64,000 nucleotides of DNA from Candidatus Binatia bacterium (GTDB taxonomy: Bacteria > Acidobacteriota > Terriglobia > Terriglobales > Acidobacteriaceae): assembly GCA_035638375.1 (NCBI GenBank), contig DASRAA010000069.1, positions 19,818 through 83,817 of the forward strand, in the 5' to 3' direction. The notes beneath the pieces are model-generated. The model searched no databases. It was not told the origin of the DNA and saw only the letters and a program-made list of their open reading frames with translations. Position 1 is the stretch's first letter, and the number at the start of each line of letters is the position of its first letter. The position numbers and the translations under genes are program-made. This document shows, in pieces, positions 36,654 through 49,197 of the stretch.

Positions 36654-36688
36654 GAGTGGTCAGTGGCTGGTGGCCAGTGGCTAGTCTA
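36654..36688. repeat. heptamer tandem array (5 units)
   Basis: GAGTGGT CAGTGGC TGGTGGC CAGTGGC TAGTCTA, starting 4 nt upstream of the ispE start. GTGGTCAGTGGCT is the inverted match of part of the array at 35419-35474. Confidence 0.8.
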
Positions 36689-36697
36689 AAGCAAAGA

Positions 36698-36718
36698 AAG
36701 TTTCAAGTTTCGAGTTTC
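36698..36718. repeat. heptamer tandem array (3 units)
   Basis: AAGTTTC AAGTTTC GAGTTTC, which is the reverse complement of the GAAACTY type seen at 22026 and 51491. Confidence 0.75.
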
Positions 36719-36811
36719 GAGCAAAGACCGCATTCGATAACCCTTTGGTGCTCCCTGGCGCCGGGTTCATTCGCCGCGGCCGTGAGTCCGCCGCCCATTC
36801 CGGCGCGTAGT

Positions 36812-37693
36812 ATGGTCGGCAGCATGCACGATCTGCCTCTACTCGACGAGCTGTGGTTTGAGCGCCAAGGGGTTCGCCTGCACGCTGTCGCTGCCGGACC
36901 GAAAGATGGGCAGCTGGTGATCTTGCTGCACGGCTTTCCGGAGTTTTGGTACTCGTGGCGCAAGCAGGTCGGCCCGCTGGCCGAGGCAGGCTTTCGTGTC
37001 GTAGTGCCAGATCAGCGCGGCTATAACGTAAGCAGCAAACCCCCGAGAATTGCAGATTATTCAGTTGGTAGTCTTGTCGCCGACGTTGTATTCATCGCCG
37101 GTCGGCTGGGGTGCGAGCGCTTTCATCTCGCTGGGCATGACTGGGGAGCTGCGGTTGCATGGATGACGGCGCTGTTGATTCCCGAGCGCCTGCACAAGTT
37201 GACGATCCTGAACGTGCCGCACCCTGCGGTGTTCCTGCGGACTGTGCGCACCAACCTGCGGCAGATGCTGCGCAGTTGGTATATGGCTTTCTTTCAGTTG
37301 CCGGCCATTCCCGAATTAGCTTTCTCGGCTAACAACTTTGAATGTGGAATCAAGTCGCTGCTGGGCAGCAGCCGGCCAGGAACGTTCACGCCCGAGGATC
37401 TAGACCAATATCGCAAGGCTTGGTCGCATCCTGGAACGGTGACGGCAATGATCAATTGGTACCGCGCGTTCTTCTGCACCCGCCCGCCGCTGCCGGAGGA
37501 CAGCAGAGTGCATGTTCCCACCCTAATTCTTTGGGGCGAGCAGGACATGTTTCTGCTGCCGGAGATGGCGGAGAAAAGCGTCGGGTATTGCGACTCAGCC
37601 CGGTTGATTTACTTCGGTAATGCCTCACATTGGTTGCATCACGAGGAACCAGAAGCCATCAACGCGGCTTTGATTGAGCATTTTCGCGAATGA
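36812..37693 (+). CDS. alpha/beta hydrolase (epoxide-hydrolase-like)
   Basis: LLHGFPEFWYSWRKQ (HGxP oxyanion motif), the nucleophile elbow AGHDWGA and a C-terminal H (ASHWLHHEEP). I moved the start to ATG 36812 because the upstream part of the ORF covers heptamer repeats. Confidence 0.85.
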   Translation: MVGSMHDLPLLDELWFERQGVRLHAVAAGPKDGQLVILLHGFPEFWYSWRKQVGPLAEAGFRVVVPDQRGYNVSSKPPRIADYSVGSLVADVVFIAGRLGCERFHLAGHDWGAAVAWMTALLIPERLHKLTILNVPHPAVFLRTVRTNLRQMLRSWYMAFFQLPAIPELAFSANNFECGIKSLLGSSRPGTFTPEDLDQYRKAWSHPGTVTAMINWYRAFFCTRPPLPEDSRVHVPTLILWGEQDMFLLPEMAEKSVGYCDSARLIYFGNASHWLHHEEPEAINAALIEHFRE

Positions 37694-37753
37694 AGCAGAA
37701 AGAAAGCCCGGCAAACTTGCGGGGCTCTCTCCGGCAAACGATCCCTAATTAAT

Positions 37754-38506
37754 CTAGTTACGGCTGCGGAATTTTGCCAGCAGGCGCAGCATCTCCAGAT
37801 ACAGCCAGATCAACGTGACCATCAGCGCGAAAGCGCTATACCACTCCATGTACTTGGGAGCGTTGTAACGCGCGCCCTGCTCGATCAGGTCGAAGTCGAG
37901 CACAAGATTGAGCGCCGCGATGCCGACGACCAGCAGGCTGAATGCGATCCCGATGGGCGAGCCGCTGTTGACGGCGTGAAACGAGATGCCGAAGAAGCTG
38001 AGGATGAACTGCGCCAAATAGAACAGGGCGATTCCGCCGGTCGCGGCAACCACCCCGATGCGGAACTTGTCGTTCACCTTGATAATGCCGGTTCGGTAAA
38101 CCAGCAACATGGCAACCATGGTCCCAAACGTCAGCATCACGGCTTGAATGGCGATGCCTTTGTACCTCAGCTCAAACATCGCCGAGATCCCGCCCAGGAC
38201 CAGGCCTTGGGCGAGGGCGTAGAGGGGGGCGGTGATGCCGGCCCAGTCCTTCTTGAAGATCGTGACGATCGCAAGCACCAGCCCGCCAATGAAACCGACC
38301 ATCAGCAATCCAGCTACTGAGGCGGGATCGCCGGTGGTGAAAAAGCGGTTCCAGGTCCAGGCGGCGGAAGCCACACACAACAGCATCAAGACGCCGGCCT
38401 TGTTCACCGCGCCTGAAACCGTCATGGGTTCGCCGGCAAAACCGGCAACGTCACGGAAGGTGTTCTGTCCGAAGGCAGGGTTCGACGTCTTCATCAAATC
38501 GGCCAT
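37754..38506 (-). CDS. Bax inhibitor-1/YccA family membrane protein
   Basis: 250 aa with the N-terminus MKTSNPAFGQNTF and seven hydrophobic helices. Charged C-terminus LLAKFRSRN. Confidence 0.8.
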   Translation of the reverse strand: MADLMKTSNPAFGQNTFRDVAGFAGEPMTVSGAVNKAGVLMLLCVASAAWTWNRFFTTGDPASVAGLLMVGFIGGLVLAIVTIFKKDWAGITAPLYALAQGLVLGGISAMFELRYKGIAIQAVMLTFGTMVAMLLVYRTGIIKVNDKFRIGVVAATGGIALFYLAQFILSFFGISFHAVNSGSPIGIAFSLLVVGIAALNLVLDFDLIEQGARYNAPKYMEWYSAFALMVTLIWLYLEMLRLLAKFRSRN

Positions 38507-38604
38507 AGGAAAATTCTCCTTGCTACACCATCATCGGATGAATTGAAGTTCAGTTCGATGCGGCCTGTCTATGATACCTGTTTCACCGAACCCCAGCGCT
38601 GGTT

Positions 38605-39702
38605 CTAAAACAGCGTCTCTTGTCCATTGCGATCTAGGCGCGGGCGCTTTATGCCGAAGTGCTGGTAGGCGAGGTGGGTGGCCACGCGGCCGCGCGGCGT
38701 GCGGTCGAGAAAGCCGATCTGGATGAGGAATGGCTCGTAGATTTCTTCGATGGCGTCCGGCTCTTCGGCGAGAGAGGCGGCGAGCGTGTTCACACCGACC
38801 GGCCCGCCTTGATACTTCTCGATGATGGTCAGCAGCAGCTTGCGGTCGACCTCATCGAAGCCATGACGATCGACCTCGAGCATTTCGAGCGCGGCCTGGG
38901 CGGTGGGTTTGTCGATCTTGCCGGTTCCGCGCACCTGCGCATAATCTCGAACGCGACGCAGCAGACGATTGGCGATACGCGGTGTGCCGCGGCAGCGCGA
39001 GGCGATCTCCAAGGCAGCCGCCGCATCGATCTCCACACTGAGAATTTCGGCCGAGCGTTCGAGGATAACTTTCAGGTCCTCATGCGTGTAGAACTCCAGC
39101 CGCAGGACGATTCCAAAACGTGAGCGCAGAGGCGCTGAAAGGAGCCCTGCGCGCGTCGTCGCCCCAATAAAAGTGAATGGCTTTACCTCGATCGTATGGG
39201 TGCGCGCCGACGGCCCCTGGCCGATGATGATGTCGAGCTTGTAATCTTCGAGCGCCGAGTAAAGCAGCTCTTCCAGCGCGGGCTGAAGCCGATGAACTTC
39301 ATCGATGAAAAGCACTTGCTTCTCGCGGACGTTGGTCAGGATTGCCGTTAGGTCGCCCTTGATCTGCAGGGTTGGCCCCGAGGTCTGTTGAAATAGTACG
39401 CCAAGTTCGTTGGCGATGATGTTAGCCAGGGTGGTCTTGCCCAGTCCGGGCGGGCCGTAGAGCAGCACGTGATCGAGCGCTTCTCCACGCGACTTGGCCG
39501 CCTGGATCGCGACCTCCAGGTTGTCCTTGAGCTTCTTCTGCCCGATGAATTCGCGCAACCGCTGCGGCCGCAGCTTCAGCTCAAATGACGCGTCGTCGTC
39601 AACCGACACCGCCGAAACGATGCGTTCGCGGTCAGGATAGTGCTTATCTGGAGACGAAACCACGATGGGGCGATGGTAAAGCGAAAGAGGAGGCGTGCGC
39701 AA
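38605..39702 (-). CDS. ruvB: Holliday junction branch-migration helicase RuvB
   Basis: [12 protein letters not shown], Walker A (GPPGLGKTT), Walker B (LFIDEVHRL) and a C-terminal winged-helix segment (TPRGRVAT). The N-terminal ~25 aa are uncertain. Confidence 0.96.
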   Translation of the reverse strand: MRTPPLSLYHRPIVVSSPDKHYPDRERIVSAVSVDDDASFELKLRPQRLREFIGQKKLKDNLEVAIQAAKSRGEALDHVLLYGPPGLGKTTLANIIANELGVLFQQTSGPTLQIKGDLTAILTNVREKQVLFIDEVHRLQPALEELLYSALEDYKLDIIIGQGPSARTHTIEVKPFTFIGATTRAGLLSAPLRSRFGIVLRLEFYTHEDLKVILERSAEILSVEIDAAAALEIASRCRGTPRIANRLLRRVRDYAQVRGTGKIDKPTAQAALEMLEVDRHGFDEVDRKLLLTIIEKYQGGPVGVNTLAASLAEEPDAIEEIYEPFLIQIGFLDRTPRGRVATHLAYQHFGIKRPRLDRNGQETLF

Positions 39703-39876
39703 TGTACATCAAGAGTCCGCGGAAGCAGCTTGTAAATTGTGAATCTTCCCCATGGCCTCCGCTTCTAAGGATTCATCGTAGTTGTTGCCTCGGCCCCTTC
39801 CACGCGCGGTCCACAAGTGTTGCATCCATAAATCAATAGCTTCGGTTCATTGCACTCATCAGGAAGGAGAACGATC

Positions 39877-40716
39877 ATGGCTTACATCACCACCCAAGAC
39901 CGAACGCAGATTTACTACAAAGACTGGGGCAGCGGACAACCTGTGGTCTTCAGTCACGGATGGCCGCTCAGCGCCGATGCCTGGGAAGACCAGATGCTGT
40001 TTCTGGCTTCGCGCGGCTTCCGCTGTGTTGCACATGATCGTCGTGGACACGGCCGCACTTCGCAGTCGTGGAATGGGAATGACATGGATACCTACGCCGA
40101 TGATCTGGCGGCGCTTGTCGCAGTGCTCGATTTGAAGGACGCTATTCACGTCGGTCACTCGACCGGCGGAGGGGAAGTGGCTCGCTATATCGCTCGTCAT
40201 GGTTCAAAGCGCGTGGCCAAGGGTGTGCTGGTCAGCGCCATACCGCCGCTGATGCTGAAAACCGATGCTAATCCGGGCGGCTTGCCGATAGAGGTCTTTG
40301 ACCAGATTCGGGCAGGTATTCTCGCTGACCGCTCCCAGTACTTTAAGGACTTAAGCGGGCCTTTCTACGGCGCGAACCGCCCGGGCTCGAAGGTGTCACA
40401 GGGTTTGCGCGACTTCTTCTGGCTGCAAAGCATGCTGTGCGGAATCAAAGCCGCTTACGATTGCGTAAAAGTGTTTTCAGAAACGGACCAGACCGACGAC
40501 CTCAGGAAGATCGATGTGCCGACACTGATCTTGCATGGTGACGACGATCAGATCGTGCCCATCGACGATTCCGCGCGATTGTCGGTTAGGCTGGTGAAGG
40601 GCGCTGTGCTGAAGGTCTACCGCGGCGCGCCCCACGGCATGTGCTCCACGCATAAAGACCAGGTAAATGCGGATTTGCTTGACTTTTTCCAGGGAAGCCT
40701 GCAAAAGGTCGCATAA
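39877..40716 (+). CDS. alpha/beta hydrolase, non-haem haloperoxidase / arylesterase-like
   Basis: [43 protein letters not shown], the nucleophile elbow VGHSTGGGE and HGDDDQIVP. The ATG at 39877 is preceded by GGAAGGAG. Confidence 0.88.
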   Translation: MAYITTQDRTQIYYKDWGSGQPVVFSHGWPLSADAWEDQMLFLASRGFRCVAHDRRGHGRTSQSWNGNDMDTYADDLAALVAVLDLKDAIHVGHSTGGGEVARYIARHGSKRVAKGVLVSAIPPLMLKTDANPGGLPIEVFDQIRAGILADRSQYFKDLSGPFYGANRPGSKVSQGLRDFFWLQSMLCGIKAAYDCVKVFSETDQTDDLRKIDVPTLILHGDDDQIVPIDDSARLSVRLVKGAVLKVYRGAPHGMCSTHKDQVNADLLDFFQGSLQKVA

Positions 40717-40742
40717 CGCTGACAATTGACGCAGAGGTCGTT

Positions 40743-41387
40743 ATGATTCGCACACAGATCATGCGCAACCTCGGCATTCTTCTCTCTGGCCGTGGCTCGA
40801 ACTTCGAAGCCATCGCTGATAACGTTGCCTCTGGCAAACTCGACGCGACGATTGCTGTCGTGATCTCAAACAAAGCCGACGCTCGCGGGATCGAGTCTGC
40901 CCGGCGTCGGGGGTTGCAGGCGCTAGTAATTCCCTCGAAAGGCATGCCGCGCGAAGAGCATGATCGTTTGATTGTCGCCGCGCTGGAAGAGCATAAGGTG
41001 GATCTGGTCTGTCTCGCCGGATACATGCGGCTGCTGTCGCCCTGGTTCATCGGCCAATTTCCTAATCGCATCCTGAATATTCATCCGTCCCTGCTGCCCG
41101 CCTTTCCCGGACTTGATGCCCAGAAACAGGCGTTCGATTATGGGGTGAAAGTCTCGGGCTGCACGGTGCATTTCGTGGACGCCGATCTCGATCACGGCGC
41201 CATCATTCTGCAGAAGAGCGTGCCTGTGCTTGACACGGATGACGACCACAGGCTGGCCGCACGCATCCTGGAGCAGGAACACATTGCCTATTCAGAAGCG
41301 ATTCGGATTGTACTGGAGGGTCGCTACCGCATTCTTGGCAGGCGCGTCATCTTGAACCATGGAGCTCCCGCTCCGGGGAACGATTAA
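40743..41387 (+). CDS. purN: phosphoribosylglycinamide formyltransferase
   Basis: LGILLSGRGSNFEAI, NIHPSLLPAFPG and GCTVHFVDADLDHG. The start may be ATG 40761. Confidence 0.95.
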   Translation: MIRTQIMRNLGILLSGRGSNFEAIADNVASGKLDATIAVVISNKADARGIESARRRGLQALVIPSKGMPREEHDRLIVAALEEHKVDLVCLAGYMRLLSPWFIGQFPNRILNIHPSLLPAFPGLDAQKQAFDYGVKVSGCTVHFVDADLDHGAIILQKSVPVLDTDDDHRLAARILEQEHIAYSEAIRIVLEGRYRILGRRVILNHGAPAPGND

Positions 41388-41443
41388 GGGCGCCTGCTGG
41401 TCCTCAATTCACTCCAATTTCGTCGCGTTCCGTCACAAAGGAG

Positions 41444-41860
41444 GTGTTTGCTATGCCTGACCGGGAATCCGACAACGTAAACCGTGCTCGCGCCTACCTG
41501 CACGCTATCGAGCGCGGCGTCAGCGAGGAAGAGCTGGCGTCCTTTTTTTCTCTCGACGTGGTGTTGGAGCAGTTTCCCAACCGCCTGGTTCCCAAGCTGC
41601 TGCAGTCCAATGCTGAGGACATCTTGCGCCAGTTCATGCAGGGTAAGAAATCCGTTTCCCGGCAAAAGTACGAAGTACACAACATCGTTGCAGCGGGCGA
41701 CTGGGTAGCGATGCAGGTGCGCTGGGAAGGAGTACTTGCCGTCCCCGTCGCCGGCCTCGAAGCCGGCGCTACCATGCGGGCGTGGTTCGCCATGTTCCTC
41801 GAGTTCCGCAACGGCAAAATCACGCGGCAGAGCAATTATGACTGCTTCGAGCCGTGGTAG
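41444..41860 (+). CDS. SnoaL/NTF2-like fold protein
   Basis: 138 aa. The pattern (VHNIVAAGDWVAMQVRWEG...FLEFRNGKITRQSNYDCF) is typical of the ketosteroid-isomerase/SnoaL-like family. Confidence 0.65.
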   Translation: MFAMPDRESDNVNRARAYLHAIERGVSEEELASFFSLDVVLEQFPNRLVPKLLQSNAEDILRQFMQGKKSVSRQKYEVHNIVAAGDWVAMQVRWEGVLAVPVAGLEAGATMRAWFAMFLEFRNGKITRQSNYDCFEPW

Positions 41861-41920
41861 ACAGCATGGGCAAAGAGGAAGAAACCGAAAGCAGCAAGGA
41901 GCCTTTCCGGCGTCAGGCGG

Positions 41921-42090
41921 ATGGCGGCGGGCGAGTTCAAGGCGATGTGCCTGCGCATTATGGACGAGGTGAATGAAACTGGCAGGCCTTTGGTGGTGGT
42001 GGGATGAAAGAGCATAGTCGAGATCGTCCGAGGCCGACGATTTGATCAAACCTGCAGTTCCGCTTGAAGACTACGACATGCTCGAACTAT
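41921..42090 (+). pseudogene. degraded Phd/YefM-type antitoxin remnant
   Basis: The ATG at 41921 opens MAAGEFKAMCLRIMDEVNETGRPLVVVG, then TGA at 42005. This resembles the N-terminal helix and strand of prevent-host-death antitoxins. Downstream, in other frames, are SIVEIV and DDLIKPAVPLEDYDMLEL, which resemble the usual C-terminus. No toxin ORF follows. Confidence 0.4.
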
Positions 42091-42131
42091 TTTTTTTTTA
42101 CCTCCAACGGAGGGCGCCCTGCTGGGTACAC

Positions 42132-42161
42132 CAATAAATAAACGGCGCGAAAACCGCGCCC
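42132..42161 (-). terminator. intrinsic terminator of gyrA
   Basis: On the minus strand the element reads GGCGCG-GTTTT-CGCGCC (plus-strand stems at 42144-42149 and 42155-42160), followed by GTTTATTTATTGG. It lies 22 nt after the gyrA stop. Confidence 0.6.
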
Positions 42162-42182
42162 TTAAGCAGCTCTGAGAGTAAT

Positions 42183-44816
<2,634 letters not shown>

Positions 44817-44827
44817 GCGTCAATCGT

Positions 44828-44855
44828 GAGCTGTCAGCTAGCAGCCTTCAGCCAT
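44828..44855. repeat. heptamer tandem array (4 units)
   Basis: GAGCTGT CAGCTAG CAGCCTT CAGCCAT, starting 12 nt upstream of the gyrA start. Confidence 0.7.
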
Positions 44856-45102
44856 TCCTTCTTAAGCTGCATTTGCAGCCATTGGGATTCGCGAATTCAG
44901 TCGACCGGGGGGCACACCTGTCGTGCGGCCGTTGGTAGTTGAATTTTCAGGGAATTCCCGGTTGCAGAACACTCTTTAGTATAGCACGGACAACGTGCCA
45001 CATCTGACCGGTAAGTATTTACCTTTCAGTGACTTACGGCGGAGGATATGGGCCGGCGCGAACCCCGTGGAGCCCGGCCTCAAAAGTCCTACAATGTGGG
45101 AC

Positions 45103-45810
45103 TTACCCCGCCTTTGGCGCCGGCAGATGGAAGTCTACGCCACGATCGTCGTTCAGCTTGATAGTAGCGGGCAAGTCGATGTCGCCTAGCCCGATTTTCT
45201 GCGTGCGATTGCCAAATACATAGAGCGTCTGGCCCATGATCGCGTAATTGGTGACCTCTTGGTGATGTCCATCGTGAAACACCAGCACGGTTGCTTCCAA
45301 GGGTGCAGGCACGCCGCCTTCGCGCGTCGGTGCGGCCGCTGGTGGCGCAACTGCCACCTCATCGGGTTCAGGCAAGCCGGGCCGCCGCGATGGCGGCAAA
45401 TCAACTACCACATGCAAGGTTTGCTCAGGAGGCGGACCGGAATAGAGATACGGGTTGGCATCCGTCGAATCGTAATAATACGGGACAGCAGCATAGATCG
45501 GCGTGTAGTAGGCCGCAGTGTTGTACCCATACCCAAACTTGTGCCTGCAACCCCAGGGGCAAAGATTGCGCGGGATGCCATAGGGCGGCGGGAAGGGGCT
45601 AGGATTATAGGCCGGATAAGGTCCGAGCGATGTCACGCTGGGGCGGGCATTGGGCAGGAACGGCGGAACGTGGAATTGAATCGACGTAACCGACGGGGGC
45701 ACTCCGTGAACCTGCGCAGAGGCGGAAAACGCGGCAATCCAGAACATCATCGCGCCAAGCATCAAAACACTACGCAGTAACCAACCGCGGATTGAGACAC
45801 TTCGCGGCAT
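45103..45810 (-). CDS. hypothetical secreted Pro/Tyr-rich protein
   Basis: 235 aa with a signal peptide (VLMLGAMMFWIAAFSASAQ), a Pro/Tyr-rich middle region and a compact C-terminal domain (TVLVFHDGHHQEVTNYAIMGQTLYVF...IDLPATIKLNDDRGVDFHLP). Confidence 0.55.
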   Translation of the reverse strand: MPRSVSIRGWLLRSVLMLGAMMFWIAAFSASAQVHGVPPSVTSIQFHVPPFLPNARPSVTSLGPYPAYNPSPFPPPYGIPRNLCPWGCRHKFGYGYNTAAYYTPIYAAVPYYYDSTDANPYLYSGPPPEQTLHVVVDLPPSRRPGLPEPDEVAVAPPAAAPTREGGVPAPLEATVLVFHDGHHQEVTNYAIMGQTLYVFGNRTQKIGLGDIDLPATIKLNDDRGVDFHLPAPKAG

Positions 45811-45851
45811 GAACCCTCACCACTGTCAACCCATTTTAGGCCAAAAAGTTG

Positions 45852-47009
45852 TCAGCGGACGAGCGGCCGGGCGAGTTGCAGCAACCCGCCGATATCCAAC
45901 ACGGCATTGGCGATGAGCGAGCCTACGATAACGGCGTTGGCGACGACGGCATACTTGGTTTCCAGCAGATCGGCCGAGACTCCAGCCATGAAGAGCATCA
46001 GGAACGGCAGCGCTACAAAGAGGAACACCACACCGGCAAAGTGCTGCATGGCAAGCCCGGCAAACACCAGCATCGCTGCCACCAGCAGCGGAGCGGTATT
46101 GCCGAAATAACGCGCCCGCTTCCACGCGACAAATGTGACCAGCGAGAGCAACAGCAGGATGACCGTGCCCAATCCATTCTGCAGAAAGAAGATCCCTAGA
46201 AGACTCAGCACCGACTTCGCCGAAACCTCGGCGGGAGAGAACTCGATCCAATTGGCGCTTCGCAGTGCCTGGGCAAACTCCGCAGGACGAAAACTGACAA
46301 TAGCAAAGAGTAAGAGCACTCCGACGGCGCATCCGGTGCAAAAGATCGCCAGCGCCGCCGCTGGTCTCACGTGTCCCACCCAGAGTAAGTAGGCCAGGGC
46401 AGGAATCAGAACGATCCACAACGACCACTGCGAGCCCACGCACAGTGCAATCGAGAAGCCCATGAGCACGATGCGCTTCCAATTCCAGAAGATGACGTCA
46501 CGAGGCGCATATAAAGTGTGGGCCGCGGCAATTGCCGTAAAAACCAGGCCGAAGGCTCCCCAGGCGCCGACAATGTCCGGCTGTACCTGGCTGGAGCGGG
46601 TAATCACCATCGGCGAAAAGCAATACAGGGCGAGCGCTATGTAACCGCCAAAAATGCCGTACAGGCGGCGCGCCACGTACCACAACGACGCGCCGAGCAA
46701 TAGCCCCGCAGCCAGAAACGGCAGCCGAATCAGAAACCGATACTCATTCAGCCGTATGAAATTGGCGCGCGGATCCACTACGCGCGCCGGAACCCCCGCC
46801 ATCACCGGAATCAGCGGCGAGCGAAACTCCGTCCCGGCATTCAGCAGTCGATCGACATGCAAAAGGCCATCTTCGATGTAGCTTCCCTCCATCTGCGTGA
46901 GAGGAACGTGCCCCATGAACCAGAGGCACTGCCCTGCAAAAATGAATAGCAAGATCAGGCTGGCAATCTGTGGCAAGCCTATGCGCGGGATGGTGGAAGC
47001 GGTCGACAT
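45852..47009 (-). CDS. polytopic membrane protein, GT39/ArnT-like glycosyltransferase fold (putative)
   Basis: 385 aa with about 10 TM helices. The N-terminal loop and the pattern RLPFLAAGLLLGASLWYVARRLYG...ALYCFSPMVI resemble PMT_2/ArnT-family proteins. This is a pattern-based assignment only. Confidence 0.55.
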   Translation of the reverse strand: MSTASTIPRIGLPQIASLILLFIFAGQCLWFMGHVPLTQMEGSYIEDGLLHVDRLLNAGTEFRSPLIPVMAGVPARVVDPRANFIRLNEYRFLIRLPFLAAGLLLGASLWYVARRLYGIFGGYIALALYCFSPMVITRSSQVQPDIVGAWGAFGLVFTAIAAAHTLYAPRDVIFWNWKRIVLMGFSIALCVGSQWSLWIVLIPALAYLLWVGHVRPAAALAIFCTGCAVGVLLLFAIVSFRPAEFAQALRSANWIEFSPAEVSAKSVLSLLGIFFLQNGLGTVILLLLSLVTFVAWKRARYFGNTAPLLVAAMLVFAGLAMQHFAGVVFLFVALPFLMLFMAGVSADLLETKYAVVANAVIVGSLIANAVLDIGGLLQLARPLVR

Positions 47010-47032
47010 TCGGCAAGTTTACTTGTATCACG

Positions 47033-47068
47033 CAAGGGTGAAAGGACAAGCAAGGGTGAAAGGAGTGG
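47033..47068. repeat. 18-bp tandem direct repeat (2 copies)
   Basis: CAAGGGTGAAAGGACAAG CAAGGGTGAAAGGAGTGG, in the 76-nt selB-to-downstream-gene spacer. Confidence 0.8.
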
Positions 47069-47085
47069 AAACGAACGAGTCATTG

Positions 47086-48990
47086 CTACAGAATCAGCCG
47101 CTCGTCACCGACGCGACGCGTGACTCGCTCGCGATCCAGATATTCCAGCAGCGGGATCGCATACTTCCGCGTCACGCCGATGAGGTCTTTAAATGTAACT
47201 ATATTGAGCTTGGGCGTCTTCGCCTTCTGCGCAACTATGAGCTTTCGTAATTCATCCAGGGCATTACGGTGGAAAACCAGGTCATCGCCGACCTTCACAA
47301 GGACCCGCTCGCGCAGCAATAGCGTCACGATTTTCTGCGCGCGTACTTTATCCACCGGCAGCGATGCCAGCACGTCCTTCAGCAGCGGAACCTTCAACCC
47401 GGAAGTCGCGAAGGCGGCCTCGATCCTCTGCTTCGATTCGGCCTCCTCATCGCGCAGCACTACGCCACGGCCGCTCCCATGTACCAGATCGCCTGCGACC
47501 TCGAGTTGCTTGTCTCCTACCAACGAGTCTTCAATCCCGCGGAATATTTCCGGCCCTATCCCGATCCGCTCGCGCAACTCTTCCCGGCTGATTCCCGCAA
47601 CCAGCGGATTCGCCTTGTGAAAAGCATCGACAGAAGCTTTCAGCGAACTTCGTAATTGGGCAGCCACACCGGCCGAGATCAAAATGTCCCCAAAGCGCGC
47701 TGCCTTTCGACTCGACACGAGCTCGGCGGCCCGCGATTCGACCCCTGCCCGCAGCCAACCTGTTTCCGCCACCGCTTCGCTGATCGAAAGCCCTTCCGCC
47801 CCACGCCGCCCGACGCGCACCAGTAGAACACCCAGCGCATCTGCCGACCCCAGCGCCTGCACAAACGCCAGCCGCTCTTCGGCCTTGGCACGACGGGCCG
47901 GTTCCAGCGCATCCAACACCACGCCGCCACCAATTGTGATGACCGGCGAAAATTGTCGCACGATGAAACGATCGCCGGGCACCAGCATCAGCGAGTCATC
48001 GAGCTTCAGCCGCGCCAGCCCGGATTGGCCCGGTTGCAACTGCTTCTCGCCCAGCAGCGTCACTTCGGCAATCGTTTCCGCCGTGTATGCGTGCAGATGC
48101 AGCCTGGCACGATCGCGCAAGACCTTTGCCGAGGACAGCAACGTCAGCATTACGCTAGCGTGTCGGGTTGGACGAAACAGCCCCGGCGGAGTCAGCATCA
48201 TGCCGCGCCCAAGTTCCGAAGTTTCAACCCCAGCCAGGTTCAGCGCCGTGCGCTGTCCGGCAATGGCTTGCTCGGCTGCTGCCCCGTGGACCTGCACTCC
48301 GCGCACTCGCAACCGCTTGCCGGTGGGATGTATCTGAAGCTCCTCGTCCTTGCGCACGCTGCCCGAGATCAGCGTTCCCGTGACAATCGTCCCGAAGCCC
48401 TTCATCGAGAACACCCGATCAATCGGCAGGCGAAACGCCGCGCTCGAATCCTTTGCTGGAACTTCCGCCGCCATCCGAGCCAACTCCGTCTTCAGCTCAT
48501 CGAGCCCTTCGCCAGTCTTTGCGCTCACCGCAACCATAGGCGCGGTAGACGGGTCAAGGAACGAGCCCCGCAGGTAGTCCGCGACTTCCATCCGCACAAC
48601 TTCCAGGGTGTCGGCATCAACCAGGTCGCGCTTGGTTAACACGGTGATGCCGCGCTGCACTGACAGCAACCGGCAAATGTCAAAGTGCTCACGAGTCTGG
48701 GGCTTTACAGACTCATCTGCGGCGACCACCAGCAGCACCAGATCGATGCCGCCAATGCCCGCGAGCATGTTGCGGACAAAGCGCTCGTGGCCGGGGACGT
48801 CTACAAATCCCAGACGCAGTTTCTCGCCGGAGGGCGCCGTCAAATCCAGGTTGGCAAAGCCAATGTCGATGGTGATGCCACGCCGCTTTTCTTCTTCCAG
48901 CCGGTCGGGATCGGTGCCGGTCAGCGCCCGCACCAGTGCACTCTTTCCGTGGTCGATGTGTCCGGCGGTGCCGACGATGACGGCCTTCAT
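47086..48990 (-). CDS. selB: selenocysteine-specific translation elongation factor
   Basis: 634 aa with the G1 motif GHIDHGKS, then DVPGHERF and TKRD, followed by a long C-terminal winged-helix extension typical of SelB. Confidence 0.95.
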   Translation of the reverse strand: MKAVIVGTAGHIDHGKSALVRALTGTDPDRLEEEKRRGITIDIGFANLDLTAPSGEKLRLGFVDVPGHERFVRNMLAGIGGIDLVLLVVAADESVKPQTREHFDICRLLSVQRGITVLTKRDLVDADTLEVVRMEVADYLRGSFLDPSTAPMVAVSAKTGEGLDELKTELARMAAEVPAKDSSAAFRLPIDRVFSMKGFGTIVTGTLISGSVRKDEELQIHPTGKRLRVRGVQVHGAAAEQAIAGQRTALNLAGVETSELGRGMMLTPPGLFRPTRHASVMLTLLSSAKVLRDRARLHLHAYTAETIAEVTLLGEKQLQPGQSGLARLKLDDSLMLVPGDRFIVRQFSPVITIGGGVVLDALEPARRAKAEERLAFVQALGSADALGVLLVRVGRRGAEGLSISEAVAETGWLRAGVESRAAELVSSRKAARFGDILISAGVAAQLRSSLKASVDAFHKANPLVAGISREELRERIGIGPEIFRGIEDSLVGDKQLEVAGDLVHGSGRGVVLRDEEAESKQRIEAAFATSGLKVPLLKDVLASLPVDKVRAQKIVTLLLRERVLVKVGDDLVFHRNALDELRKLIVAQKAKTPKLNIVTFKDLIGVTRKYAIPLLEYLDRERVTRRVGDERLIL

Positions 48991-49197
48991 AGAATCAGTG
49001 TATCCAACGATTTAGGGAACTTGTAACGAAGCGTGAAGGAATACCGAATGGGCTGGCCAGTATGCGAGAATAAAGGAAGAGTCTTGCGGTAGCCTGCCGG
49101 GTTAACTAAGAGGGTGCGCCGTCGAGGGGAGACCTTCGCCCCCGAATTCCGGAACGCGCCAATTGTGGTTGAGCTCGAGCTCGCGTGATCCCTACCG

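Noticed and set aside
41384-42049. 221-aa minus-strand ORF
   Set aside because: It is antisense to the SnoaL-like gene and spans the antitoxin relic. It has no motifs and an Arg/Pro-rich composition.
48991-49197. tRNA-Sec (selC) near selB or selA
   Set aside because: No cloverleaf with a UCA anticodon and a long variable arm could be folded. No T-loop GGTTCGAATCC-type sequence occurs outside tRNA-Gln.
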